Shown one piece after another: positions 16,761-23,887 of a DNA stretch of 32,345 nucleotides. Position 1 is the stretch's first letter; every line of letters starts with the position of its first letter. The notes beneath the pieces are model-generated. The model had not been told where the DNA came from and ran no database searches. It saw only the letters and a program-made list of their open reading frames with translations. Source of the DNA: Oligoflexia bacterium (GTDB taxonomy: Bacteria; Bdellovibrionota; UBA1018); the NCBI GenBank assembly GCA_025352185.1, contig JANXTV010000250.1:1-32345 (forward strand), in the 5' to 3' direction. Position numbers and translations under genes: made by a program.

Positions 16761-17837
16761 GTGAGTGACCGATCTTTATTTTTAATTATCATGGCGGGCG
16801 GAAGCGGAACCCGCTTCTGGCCGAAGAGTACCGCGAATCGCCCGAAGCAGCTGCTGGGATTCGGCCGCGATAATCCGGAGACCTTAATTCTCCAGACGCT
16901 CCGACGATTCGACGGAATCGTCGAGAGTTCGCGGGAGCGACGATTCATCGTCACGACCGAACTCCTTAAGTCGGCGATCGAGGACCAGGTCGGTACGAAA
17001 GATGTGACGACGCTTGCGGAACCGGCGGCGCGGAATACGGCGCCGTGCATTTATTGGGCGGCCCGCGAAGTTTTCTTACGCGATCCGAAAGGGATCCTCC
17101 TCGTCATGCCGTCCGATCATTATATCCCGAACCGCGAAGCATTTCGTAAAACGCTTTCGGCCGCCGCCGCGTGGGCGCGCACGCACGATGATCTCGTCAC
17201 GCTCGGAGTGAAACCCGACCGTCCGGAGACGGGCTACGGTTATTTAAAGACCGGCGCCGAAGTCGGTCGTTCCGAAGGGATGCCGTGCGGAAAAGTCGAT
17301 GCGTTCGTCGAGAAGCCGAATCTCACCCGCGCGCAGGAATTTCTAAAATCAGGAAATTACCTTTGGAACGGCGGGATGTTTCTTTGGAAAGCGGAAACGA
17401 TCCTCTGCGCCTTCGATTCCCTGATGCCCGAGATGAAACTCGCGTGGGAAAGCGCTAAGGGCGTGCTCACGGACGCTTACCCGAAGATGACGGCGACTTC
17501 GATCGATTACGGAATTATGGAGAAGGCGAAGAATGTCGTCTCTTTTTCTCTCGATGCGGGATGGGATGACCTCGGGAGCTGGACCTCGCTCGAAAGTGTC
17601 GCCGATGTTCTTCAGGCGCGCGCCGATGTCGGGATCGTAACGGGGGGGGACGTCCTCTCCGTCGATTCGTCCGGAAATATCGTCGATGCTCCCGGAAAGC
17701 TCGTCGCGCTCCTCGGAATTAATGATCTCATCGTCGTTCACCATGGCGATTCGATTCTCGTCGCGCGGAAAGAACGCGCGCAGGATATAAAACTGATCGT
17801 CGATCAGGTGAAGGCGAAGTTTCCTACGAAAGCTTAG
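16761..17837 (+). CDS. manC: mannose-1-phosphate guanylyltransferase (nucleotidyltransferase domain only)
   Basis: GTG start. LIIMAGGSGTRFWPKS...PKQLL nucleotidyl-transferase motif. ...VMPSDHYI..., GYGYLK, YLWNGGMFLW and IDYGIMEK blocks are typical of GDP-mannose pyrophosphorylases. Confidence 0.85.
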   Translation: MSDRSLFLIIMAGGSGTRFWPKSTANRPKQLLGFGRDNPETLILQTLRRFDGIVESSRERRFIVTTELLKSAIEDQVGTKDVTTLAEPAARNTAPCIYWAAREVFLRDPKGILLVMPSDHYIPNREAFRKTLSAAAAWARTHDDLVTLGVKPDRPETGYGYLKTGAEVGRSEGMPCGKVDAFVEKPNLTRAQEFLKSGNYLWNGGMFLWKAETILCAFDSLMPEMKLAWESAKGVLTDAYPKMTATSIDYGIMEKAKNVVSFSLDAGWDDLGSWTSLESVADVLQARADVGIVTGGDVLSVDSSGNIVDAPGKLVALLGINDLIVVHHGDSILVARKERAQDIKLIVDQVKAKFPTKA

Positions 17838-17858
17838 GCTCTCTAGATGGAGGGCCTA
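17835..17858. terminator. hairpin between convergent genes, spanning both stop codons
   Basis: TAGGCTCTC-TAGATG-GAGGGCCTA: 9-bp stem with one G-U pair. It includes the manC TAG (17835-17837) and the stop of the minus-strand gene (17856-17858). TTT follows on the plus strand. Confidence 0.35.
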
Positions 17859-18290
17859 TTTACAGCTGACGTTACTGATCGACTGGAAAAGCGTTTTTTC
17901 GGGATGCGAGAAATCGTAGCGCCAAGGGGAATAGATTTTCACGCGTTTCGCCAGGCCCTTAGCCGTCTTCACGGTCGTTAAATAGACGACCGTACGGAAG
18001 TCAGCGCTGATGCACTCGAGTGAGACGTCTCCTAACGGTACGTCATACGGTTCGGCGGTCGAGATGGATAGGCTCGAGGTTGATTCGCATTTCACTTTCA
18101 GCGCGATCTTTTCTAAATTTTCATATCCCCGGTAAATATCGGTTTTCACTTCCCCGTCTCCATCGACGTAAATGTAGGCCTTATAGTTCGGATCGCCCGA
18201 ATGGGGTTTTTCACAGAAGGCGAGATCTTCTGCGAATGAGACGGAGGCGTTCAGGAAGACTGCGACGACGACTAGGAGAGAAGTTTTCAT
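17856..18290 (-). CDS. small secreted protein, 4 Cys in mature part (island gene 1)
   Basis: ATG at 18290. Signal peptide MKTSLLVVVAVFLNASVSFA. 144 aa. No family recognised. Confidence 0.6.
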   Translation of the reverse strand: MKTSLLVVVAVFLNASVSFAEDLAFCEKPHSGDPNYKAYIYVDGDGEVKTDIYRGYENLEKIALKVKCESTSSLSISTAEPYDVPLGDVSLECISADFRTVVYLTTVKTAKGLAKRVKIYSPWRYDFSHPEKTLFQSISNVSCK

Positions 18291-18345
18291 TAGTTTTCTT
18301 TCGGGTTAATTCTAATACAGACGGCGCCGGGTCGATCCGTGAATT

Positions 18346-18738
18346 TTAAATATCCGTCGAATATCGGCACGCAATTCTGCATGTAATATTGCCTTTAGTA
18401 TAACTCGCATCTGCCGCTTCAGAAGTGGCAACCGTGCCCGCTTCTTGATCCGTTATGCTGACCGTCGCCGTTCCGCCCGCAAACGGGAAATCGGAGTGAC
18501 CTCCATCCGTCTTGAAAGTCATTCCCACGCATTGCGAATACTGAGACGAAAGGCTCGCGATCGACCCATTTGCGAGAACGCTTTCATTTTCAAGTTGTAT
18601 CCGAGATTTCCTTTCGGCTTTAGATTCGTGCGACGGTTTAGTGACGACATTTTTCGAGGTGATGAAACATTCATAGCCACCCGCAAAAACGGTTGAAGAA
18701 GCGAAGAGTGCAGATCCGATTAAAATTAAAATTTTCAT
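18346..18738 (-). CDS. small secreted protein, 4 Cys in mature part (island gene 2)
   Basis: Track ORF 18346..18813 trimmed to ATG 18738 (MKILILIGSALFASSTVFAGG...). The upstream in-frame extension runs through intergenic repeat copy A. No family recognised. Confidence 0.6.
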   Translation of the reverse strand: MKILILIGSALFASSTVFAGGYECFITSKNVVTKPSHESKAERKSRIQLENESVLANGSIASLSSQYSQCVGMTFKTDGGHSDFPFAGGTATVSITDQEAGTVATSEAADASYTKGNITCRIACRYSTDI

Positions 18739-18750
18739 ATTTTTTCCGTT

Positions 18751-18830
18751 CATTAATCCAATGTTTTTATTCCGTGGCTTGCGCCGCATACTTTCGTTTA
18801 TCCGCGCGGTCATTGCGCGGAAATCTAGGG
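18751..18830 (-). repeat. 80-bp intergenic element, copy A (identical to copy B)
   Basis: cattaatccaatgtttttattccgtggcttgcgccgcatactttcgtttatccgcgcggtcattgcgcggaaatctaggg. It lies 12 nt upstream of the gene start at 18738 and 27 nt downstream of the previous gene's stop. Contains the hairpin TCCGCGC-N7-GCGCGGA (18801-18821). Confidence 0.9.
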
Positions 18831-18857
18831 GTTTTAGAGTGCATCGTCTTCAGGAAA

Positions 18858-19214
18858 TTAAGGTTGAGGCACGAGGCGAACGCCATTGGATCCTGCTTGA
18901 ATCTCGCAAGTCTTTGAATCGATAGGCGTCAATTGAGTCTCTAATAGCTTTTCGATGGTTCCATTTTCCCAGACAAATTTTTCCTTGAAAACGGTGATAG
19001 CGATTTGTTGTCCGTTTAAGTTTACAAGCCCCGTACCGGCTTTAATTTCAGAAGCGTAGCCTTTCCCTTTCACTCGTTCGCCTTCGACGGTTTTCACAGT
19101 TGAGATGGGTTTCTTCAGCCAATTTGAAATTTGCCCATTAATGGCGGAGATGTCGCAATCGGCATGTGCAGCGAAGGAAATCAGAAAACAGAGTCCAAAA
19201 ATCGTACTTTTCAC
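18858..19214 (-). CDS. small secreted protein, 2 Cys in mature part (island gene 3)
   Basis: GTG start at 19214, with AAGGAG 8 nt upstream. Signal peptide MKSTIFGLCFLISFAAHA. 118 aa. No family recognised. Confidence 0.6.
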   Translation of the reverse strand: MKSTIFGLCFLISFAAHADCDISAINGQISNWLKKPISTVKTVEGERVKGKGYASEIKAGTGLVNLNGQQIAITVFKEKFVWENGTIEKLLETQLTPIDSKTCEIQAGSNGVRLVPQP

Positions 19215-19236
19215 AAATTACTCCTTATTTTTTAGT

Positions 19237-19316
19237 CATTAATCCAATGTTTTTATTCCGTGGCTTGCGCCGCATACTTTCGTTTATCCGCGCGGTCATT
19301 GCGCGGAAATCTAGGG
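19237..19316 (-). repeat. 80-bp intergenic element, copy B (80/80 identical to copy A)
   Basis: Compared base by base with 18751-18830 and found identical. It begins 1 nt after the stop of gene 19318..19926 and ends 22 nt upstream of the GTG at 19214. Hairpin at 19287-19307. Confidence 0.9.
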
Positions 19317-19317
19317 A

Positions 19318-19926
19318 TTATCGTTTCACTCGAGAACCCTTTTTATTTGAAACTTGCGCAAGTTTCTCAGGGATGCTTTTCAAGCAACGAGCGTAATCCG
19401 CAATATCCAAGTCCACATTTATGTTTCGACCGGTGTCCGGATTTTGAATAGCGGCGGAGTAATCTACTCCTGAATCATCAAAATAAAAGTCAGTCGGCAT
19501 TTCGGTCTTCACTTCTGAAGCTCTTCCGGCTGCGTCATAGACAGTTGAATAGCTCCACCGATACTCCGCGGATGCTACTGGAACTTTGATGGAATTAAAG
19601 CGCAGCGTAAGTTCGCTACGATAGACTGCCGGGACATCGACAACATATGGGCCTCCGGGTCCGTCGAACTGCTGATGTGGGAGAGCTGGCGCAATTTCGA
19701 TGTCCTTAAAAAGGGCCACGTTTAAAGTTTCGCCGACAACTTTAACTTCGGGACGTTCACCCGAAATGTTGGAATAAAATGCAATGCGAAGACGGTTTTC
19801 AAACGAATCCTTACACGCATATGCGGACGAATTTACTTGTGAGGCCAATATAGGATCTGCGGCATAGCTGGCAAAGGACGCCAGCATCGTCATAGCGGTC
19901 GCGCATTTGATCATCACGTTGTTCAT
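19318..19926 (-). CDS. secreted protein, 2 Cys in mature part (island gene 4)
   Basis: ATG at 19926, with GGAG upstream. Signal peptide MNNVMIKCATAMTMLASFASYAADP. 202 aa. No family recognised. Confidence 0.6.
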   Translation of the reverse strand: MNNVMIKCATAMTMLASFASYAADPILASQVNSSAYACKDSFENRLRIAFYSNISGERPEVKVVGETLNVALFKDIEIAPALPHQQFDGPGGPYVVDVPAVYRSELTLRFNSIKVPVASAEYRWSYSTVYDAAGRASEVKTEMPTDFYFDDSGVDYSAAIQNPDTGRNINVDLDIADYARCLKSIPEKLAQVSNKKGSRVKR

Positions 19927-19960
19927 TTGATTTTTTCTCCAATTTTACATTTTAAGATTT

Positions 19961-20036
19961 AGACCAATGATTTTGATCCGTGGCTTGCGCCGGAATTATC
20001 TATGCATCCGCGCAGTCGTTATGCGGGAGTTCAGAG
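19961..20036 (-). repeat. diverged third copy (C) of the intergenic element
   Basis: Ungapped hand alignment to copy A gives 52/76 identities. It includes an identical 16-mer tccgtggcttgcgccg (19977-19992) and the block atccgcgc. It sits upstream of the gene start at 19926. Confidence 0.7.
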
Positions 20037-20164
20037 TTTACGAAGAACTCGGTTACGAAGAGGAACTATAGATGCTTAAGCGCGGTGCGTCATTATGAAA
20101 CGCAGGGGATTCTCAGTTTCTGTTCTCTTCACGGAAACCACCCGAATTCAGCTAAAAGACGACT

Positions 20165-20668
20165 CTATTTTTCACTGACGTCGCTACTGAATGTGAGTCG
20201 ACTCACTCCCGCCATAACGCTGATGCCGTAAATATCGCCGGCGCCGAGGAAACACACGGCACCTCGTTCGTTCGCGAGCACGGCGAGATCGACTCCAACT
20301 GGAATCCCGAGGCTAACGAGCGGGCCCGCGACACTCCAGGAGCCATTCTTCTCGATTCGGTTCCGGAGTCGACGTGCTTTCACAAGGGGACAGGAGATCG
20401 TGTAATAGCTCTCGGTATAGGCGTGTACAAGCGCTCCGTAGGTTTGCAGAGTCGTCTTGAAATGGAGATCCTTATTTTTTTCTCCGGCGATTTTACACGT
20501 GAGGGGATAATTCGAATAAACACCGACATGTTCGCGATTCTTACCGCCGAAGGTGGTTCCGCCGCCGTCATAGCCGGCGCCTTCGTGGGAGCAGGTCGCT
20601 TCGAAGGCGAGGGCATTCGAAGCCGAGAGAATCAGGGTGAGTAGCGTACCGAATTTTAACAGGCTCAT
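20165..20668 (-). CDS. small secreted protein, 4 Cys in mature part (island gene 5)
   Basis: ATG at 20668, with AAGGAA upstream. Signal peptide MSLLKFGTLLTLILSASNALA. Gly-rich C-terminal half. 167 aa. No confident family call. Confidence 0.6.
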   Translation of the reverse strand: MSLLKFGTLLTLILSASNALAFEATCSHEGAGYDGGGTTFGGKNREHVGVYSNYPLTCKIAGEKNKDLHFKTTLQTYGALVHAYTESYYTISCPLVKARRLRNRIEKNGSWSVAGPLVSLGIPVGVDLAVLANERGAVCFLGAGDIYGISVMAGVSRLTFSSDVSEK

Positions 20669-20683
20669 TTTTTATTCCTTTTA

Positions 20684-21103
20684 TTATCGAGCGGCTTCGA
20701 ACGTGCAGTGCGCGGTAGCGGTCGTGCGCTCGAGGCATGCGCCGAACAGGTAACACTTCGTTTCGTCGTAACAAGCGATATGAAACTTCCCGCGAAATTT
20801 CTTAAACTCGAATGGATTCGCGAAAGTGAGGTCGACGGTACACTGCGTTTCTTCGGTGCTTTCAATGCGAAACACATTCCCGAGGGAACCCCCACGATTC
20901 GGGGCGGTCGTAATTTTTCCTTCCGTGCCGCGGATATTTTCCACTCGGCCCCAACCCGCGAGCAAATCGGCTTCGAACGCCGTACCCTTTCCCTTACAGG
21001 CGAGGCGGCCCGGTTTATGAGTTCCCTTACGGACTTCGCCCGCTTGGGCGGCGAGGGCCGGAATCGTTAGAAGTAACAATGAAATCATGCGAATCTTCGG
21101 CAT
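20684..21103 (-). CDS. small secreted protein, 6 Cys in mature part (island gene 6)
   Basis: Track ORF starts at GTG 21106; the adjacent ATG at 21103 is better spaced from GAGGA. Signal peptide MPKIRMISLLLLTIPALAAQA. The stop lies 15 nt before the next gene, so this gene probably forms an operon with 20165..20668. Confidence 0.6.
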   Translation of the reverse strand: MPKIRMISLLLLTIPALAAQAGEVRKGTHKPGRLACKGKGTAFEADLLAGWGRVENIRGTEGKITTAPNRGGSLGNVFRIESTEETQCTVDLTFANPFEFKKFRGKFHIACYDETKCYLFGACLERTTATAHCTFEAAR

Positions 21104-21184
21104 CACGAATCCTCTATTGAGAAGCCGTTTTACTGATCAAAGCGCTATGCGTCAATCTTTATGCAGGGGTGGATGGGCATTTCT

Positions 21185-21202
21185 GTTCTCCCGGGGGAGA
21201 AC
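21185..21202. terminator. perfect GC-rich hairpin downstream of the S28 peptidase gene
   Basis: GTTCTCCC-GG-GGGAGAAC (8-bp arms) located 27 nt after the stop at 21229 (minus-strand direction). No clear U-tract on either strand. Confidence 0.35.
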
Positions 21203-21228
21203 GGAAACGGGAGTGGAAAGTCTTTAAA

Positions 21229-22716
21229 TTACAGTAACGGCCAAGTACTCGTCGGCTTCTTCGGCGGAGTCGGCGGCTTTTCTTTCGCGAGCCACGTCTT
21301 CGTCATCGCGCGGAACAGATTCTGTACCTTCACGACTTCGTCCCGCTTCGAATTTCCGAGATCGCTGCAGTGGGAACCGCCGTCGACAAATACGGCATCG
21401 ACGGAAGAGGCGACGTTTCCACGCTTCGGATTAATCGAAAGGTGCTGCCACGGATCGTCCGAACCGTTTGTGAAGAGGATTTTCGAACCTTCACCGCTCA
21501 CGAGCGGAGCGTAGAATTTTTTATTAATCTGATCGGTATCGACCTGGGTCTTAATCCCGTAGAGGCGATCGCACATGCCGTTATGCCAGTCGAGATTTAC
21601 GCGCGGTGAACGCGAAGAGAGCTTAGGATCGTGATACGCAACTTGGTAGTATCCGTATTCCGTGCACGATTGGAAAAGCCATTGGCGCATTCCATTATTC
21701 GTGTAGTCGGCAGGATTCTCCGACATGTTTCCTTGGGGCGTATCTTCGATCGGCTTCATTCCCCATCCGTCGAAGAGATCGAGACCGAATTTTGCGTAGG
21801 CAGCCACCGCATCGTCCGCGCTCGTAATGTCTCCGCAGAATTTTGCGCGCTTTCCGTACTGGATTGCGCCGGCGGCCATATCGGCGACGACGTAGAGGAA
21901 ATCGACATCGTCTTTAATTTCGGACGAACCGAAGAGTTTCTTCACGGCCGCGCGACTTTCGTCCTTCGCGAGCATTGTTTCGACCTTCGTCACCACATTA
22001 TGAATGGTGTCGAGGCATACGGAAGGTATCACGGTTGCGACTTGGTAATCGTATTCTTCGAACGACGCCTTTGCTTCGACGGGAGCGGAAGAGGCGAGTG
22101 AACCGATCGCGAGCTCGGGATGCTTCAGTCGGTAGTAAGCAGAGAGGGAGCCCGGGTAGGAACCGCCAATGACAATCCATTTACCGGTGAGTTTCCATTC
22201 CTTCTGCGCGTATTTCTGGAATTCTGCGAAGTCCTCGAGGGCCTGATCGGTCGAAAGGAGCTTTAAGTCATTCGCCGAGTAAGACTTCGTCGGAATCGAG
22301 TCGCCGTAAAAGCGATGTTCGAGCGTCACGGCGTGGGCGCCGAGTTCTTTCGCCAGCGCGAGCGCGAAACCGTCGGCGGGAGAACAGCGGGATTCACCAC
22401 AGAGGAAGTAAATGACGGGCGCATCGGCGCCGGATGCCGCGCTCGAGTCGACCCAGTAGCGCTGTTTAAACGTCGTCGTATCGGCGGAGTTCGTATGATC
22501 CAGCTTCTGATCGAATTTTCCTTCGGCCAGTGTCCGGCTCTCGCCCGGAACGGCAAAGTAGGTGGCTACGAAAGGGAGCGTCTTCAGGGCTTCGGCGTGG
22601 CTAGCGAGTTGGTTCTGTTTCCACTGGAAGTAGAATCGATCGATAAAGATCGCCTGCGCGGAAGAAGCAACGACGAACGAACTCACGAGGAGCAGCAGGG
22701 CTAAGGTTCTTTTCAT
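21229..22716 (-). CDS. secreted serine peptidase, MEROPS S28 family-like (PRCP/DPP7-like)
   Basis: Signal peptide MKRTLALLLLVSSFVVASSAQA. N-terminal FDQKLDHTN...TFKQRYWVD block. Nucleophile elbow IGGSYPGSLSAYYRLKHPELAIGSLASSAPV, closely resembling human PRCP/DPP7 GGSYGGML..(F/Y)..KYPH....ASSAP. C-terminal FTNGSDDPW (Asp) and GGSHCSDL (His). Confidence 0.8.
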   Translation of the reverse strand: MKRTLALLLLVSSFVVASSAQAIFIDRFYFQWKQNQLASHAEALKTLPFVATYFAVPGESRTLAEGKFDQKLDHTNSADTTTFKQRYWVDSSAASGADAPVIYFLCGESRCSPADGFALALAKELGAHAVTLEHRFYGDSIPTKSYSANDLKLLSTDQALEDFAEFQKYAQKEWKLTGKWIVIGGSYPGSLSAYYRLKHPELAIGSLASSAPVEAKASFEEYDYQVATVIPSVCLDTIHNVVTKVETMLAKDESRAAVKKLFGSSEIKDDVDFLYVVADMAAGAIQYGKRAKFCGDITSADDAVAAYAKFGLDLFDGWGMKPIEDTPQGNMSENPADYTNNGMRQWLFQSCTEYGYYQVAYHDPKLSSRSPRVNLDWHNGMCDRLYGIKTQVDTDQINKKFYAPLVSGEGSKILFTNGSDDPWQHLSINPKRGNVASSVDAVFVDGGSHCSDLGNSKRDEVVKVQNLFRAMTKTWLAKEKPPTPPKKPTSTWPLL

Positions 22717-22722
22717 GGCCGG

Positions 22723-22751
22723 AACGTAGCGACGGGGCGAATTGAAGTCAA
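22723..22751 (-). promoter_or_regulatory. candidate promoter abutting the S28 peptidase ATG (possible leaderless transcript)
   Basis: Minus strand reads TTGACT - 17 nt - TACGTT - ccggcc - ATG. The -10 ends 6 nt before the ATG, and there is no Shine-Dalgarno. Confidence 0.3.
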
Positions 22752-22828
22752 GCCGGGGCCCGCGGCAAGCGCAGTGCGTCGAGACTCAACTCTTCTATTT
22801 TGAAGTTCGCACGAGCGACTTGGGATTT

Positions 22829-23872
22829 CTAACGGAGTCCGAGGGCGTTTTTCTGCTTTTCCTCGTTCATCGCCTCGAGGATTTTCAGTACCCGCTGGAT
22901 CCGGTAAGCGCGCCGAAAGGTATCGGGTTGGACCATCGTCGTCTGGACGTCGGTGGAAACGACCGTAAGGTTACTCGCGTAACCAACCTTCACGAGCTCA
23001 ATGAACTCGTCCATGCGGAAGGGTTCTTTACCGCTCGCCCCGGTCTCGAGCTTCTTCACTTCGATCACGTTCACGTTCGACATCCCCGACGCTTCGTCCT
23101 TCGGGAATTTTTCGAGGTGCTTCGCAATCAGCCCCATAACCAGAAAGCCCCGAAGGGAGAGGTCGTGGCGCTTTGTTGGCTCGAGCAAGTTCTCATCGCA
23201 GACGTAATGGATCATCGCCTCAAGCAGCGCCGAATCTTTTAAAGCGACGTCCTGATTATTTTCCGAGATGTGAAGAATATTCGACTGCTTTAAGACGTCG
23301 AGGTAGGACGTCAGTTTTGCAACCGGGATTCCCATCACCTGGTTTGCATAGCGTTCGAGTAAAGAAATTTTCAATTTTTTTCCTTCGGGGGCGTCCTCTT
23401 TTGAAAGGGTACCGACGAGAAGGACCGCCGCGGACAATTTAAGCGCGTCGTGGGGAGACAGGAAAACGAAATCTCGCCGTCCGTCTTCGTAGTTCATTTC
23501 CATAGACGAAGACTCGAGGTTTTTCATCTTCGTCGTGGTCGAACGGAGACGCGCGACGATCGCCTTTAAAAGAACCTTCACCCACTCGGGTACCTGTACC
23601 ATCGTCGTGTCGTAAACGGATTTCGAGATCTCCACGAGTTCCGTATCCATGAGGGCTTCGCCGGAAGCGGAGCGCGGATTTCCATCGAGGAACGCCATTT
23701 CACCGACGATCTGTCCGCTTCGGAGAGTATCGATCTCGATTTGGGAGTCGCCCTTTTTTTTAAAGATGCGAACCATCCCGGTGCGAATGAGGTACATCGC
23801 ATTCGAGCTGTCGCCCTCTTTAAAGAGCAAATCTCCTTTTTGTAATCGTTTTGCTCCGGATGGTCCAGCCAT
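22829..23872 (-). CDS. cyclic nucleotide-binding domain protein with uncharacterised C-terminal ~220 aa
   Basis: N-terminus LFKEGDSSNAMYLIRTGMVRIFKK...GQIVGEMAFLDGNPRSASGEAL is a cNMP-binding beta-barrel with a G-E...R-S-A phosphate-binding cassette. The start lies 15 nt after the cyclase stop. The middle segment MGIPVAKLTSYLDVLKQSNILHISENNQDVAL might be a degenerate winged helix (inference). Confidence 0.75.
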   Translation of the reverse strand: MAGPSGAKRLQKGDLLFKEGDSSNAMYLIRTGMVRIFKKKGDSQIEIDTLRSGQIVGEMAFLDGNPRSASGEALMDTELVEISKSVYDTTMVQVPEWVKVLLKAIVARLRSTTTKMKNLESSSMEMNYEDGRRDFVFLSPHDALKLSAAVLLVGTLSKEDAPEGKKLKISLLERYANQVMGIPVAKLTSYLDVLKQSNILHISENNQDVALKDSALLEAMIHYVCDENLLEPTKRHDLSLRGFLVMGLIAKHLEKFPKDEASGMSNVNVIEVKKLETGASGKEPFRMDEFIELVKVGYASNLTVVSTDVQTTMVQPDTFRRAYRIQRVLKILEAMNEEKQKNALGLR

Positions 23873-23887
23873 AGGTCCCCGTATCCC

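Noticed and set aside
18751-19316. CRISPR-like array (identical repeats)
   Set aside because: The repeats are 80 bp long and 486 bp apart, with full protein-coding genes between them. There are only two identical copies and no cas genes.
18751-20036. Integron-style gene cassettes with attC sites (small same-strand ORFs separated by conserved ~80-bp elements)
   Set aside because: The element ends do not pair with each other. There are no R''/R' cores of the RYYYAAC...GTTRRRY type, and only a short internal 7-bp hairpin. No intI-like integrase is present in the window.
18693-20231. Plus-strand ORFs sharing peptide ...ACAAYFRLSARSLRGNLG... (18693..18917, 19260..19451; related 19980..20231)
   Set aside because: The shared peptide is simply the translation of the intergenic repeat on the opposite strand. 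The ORFs have no RBS and run antisense into real genes.
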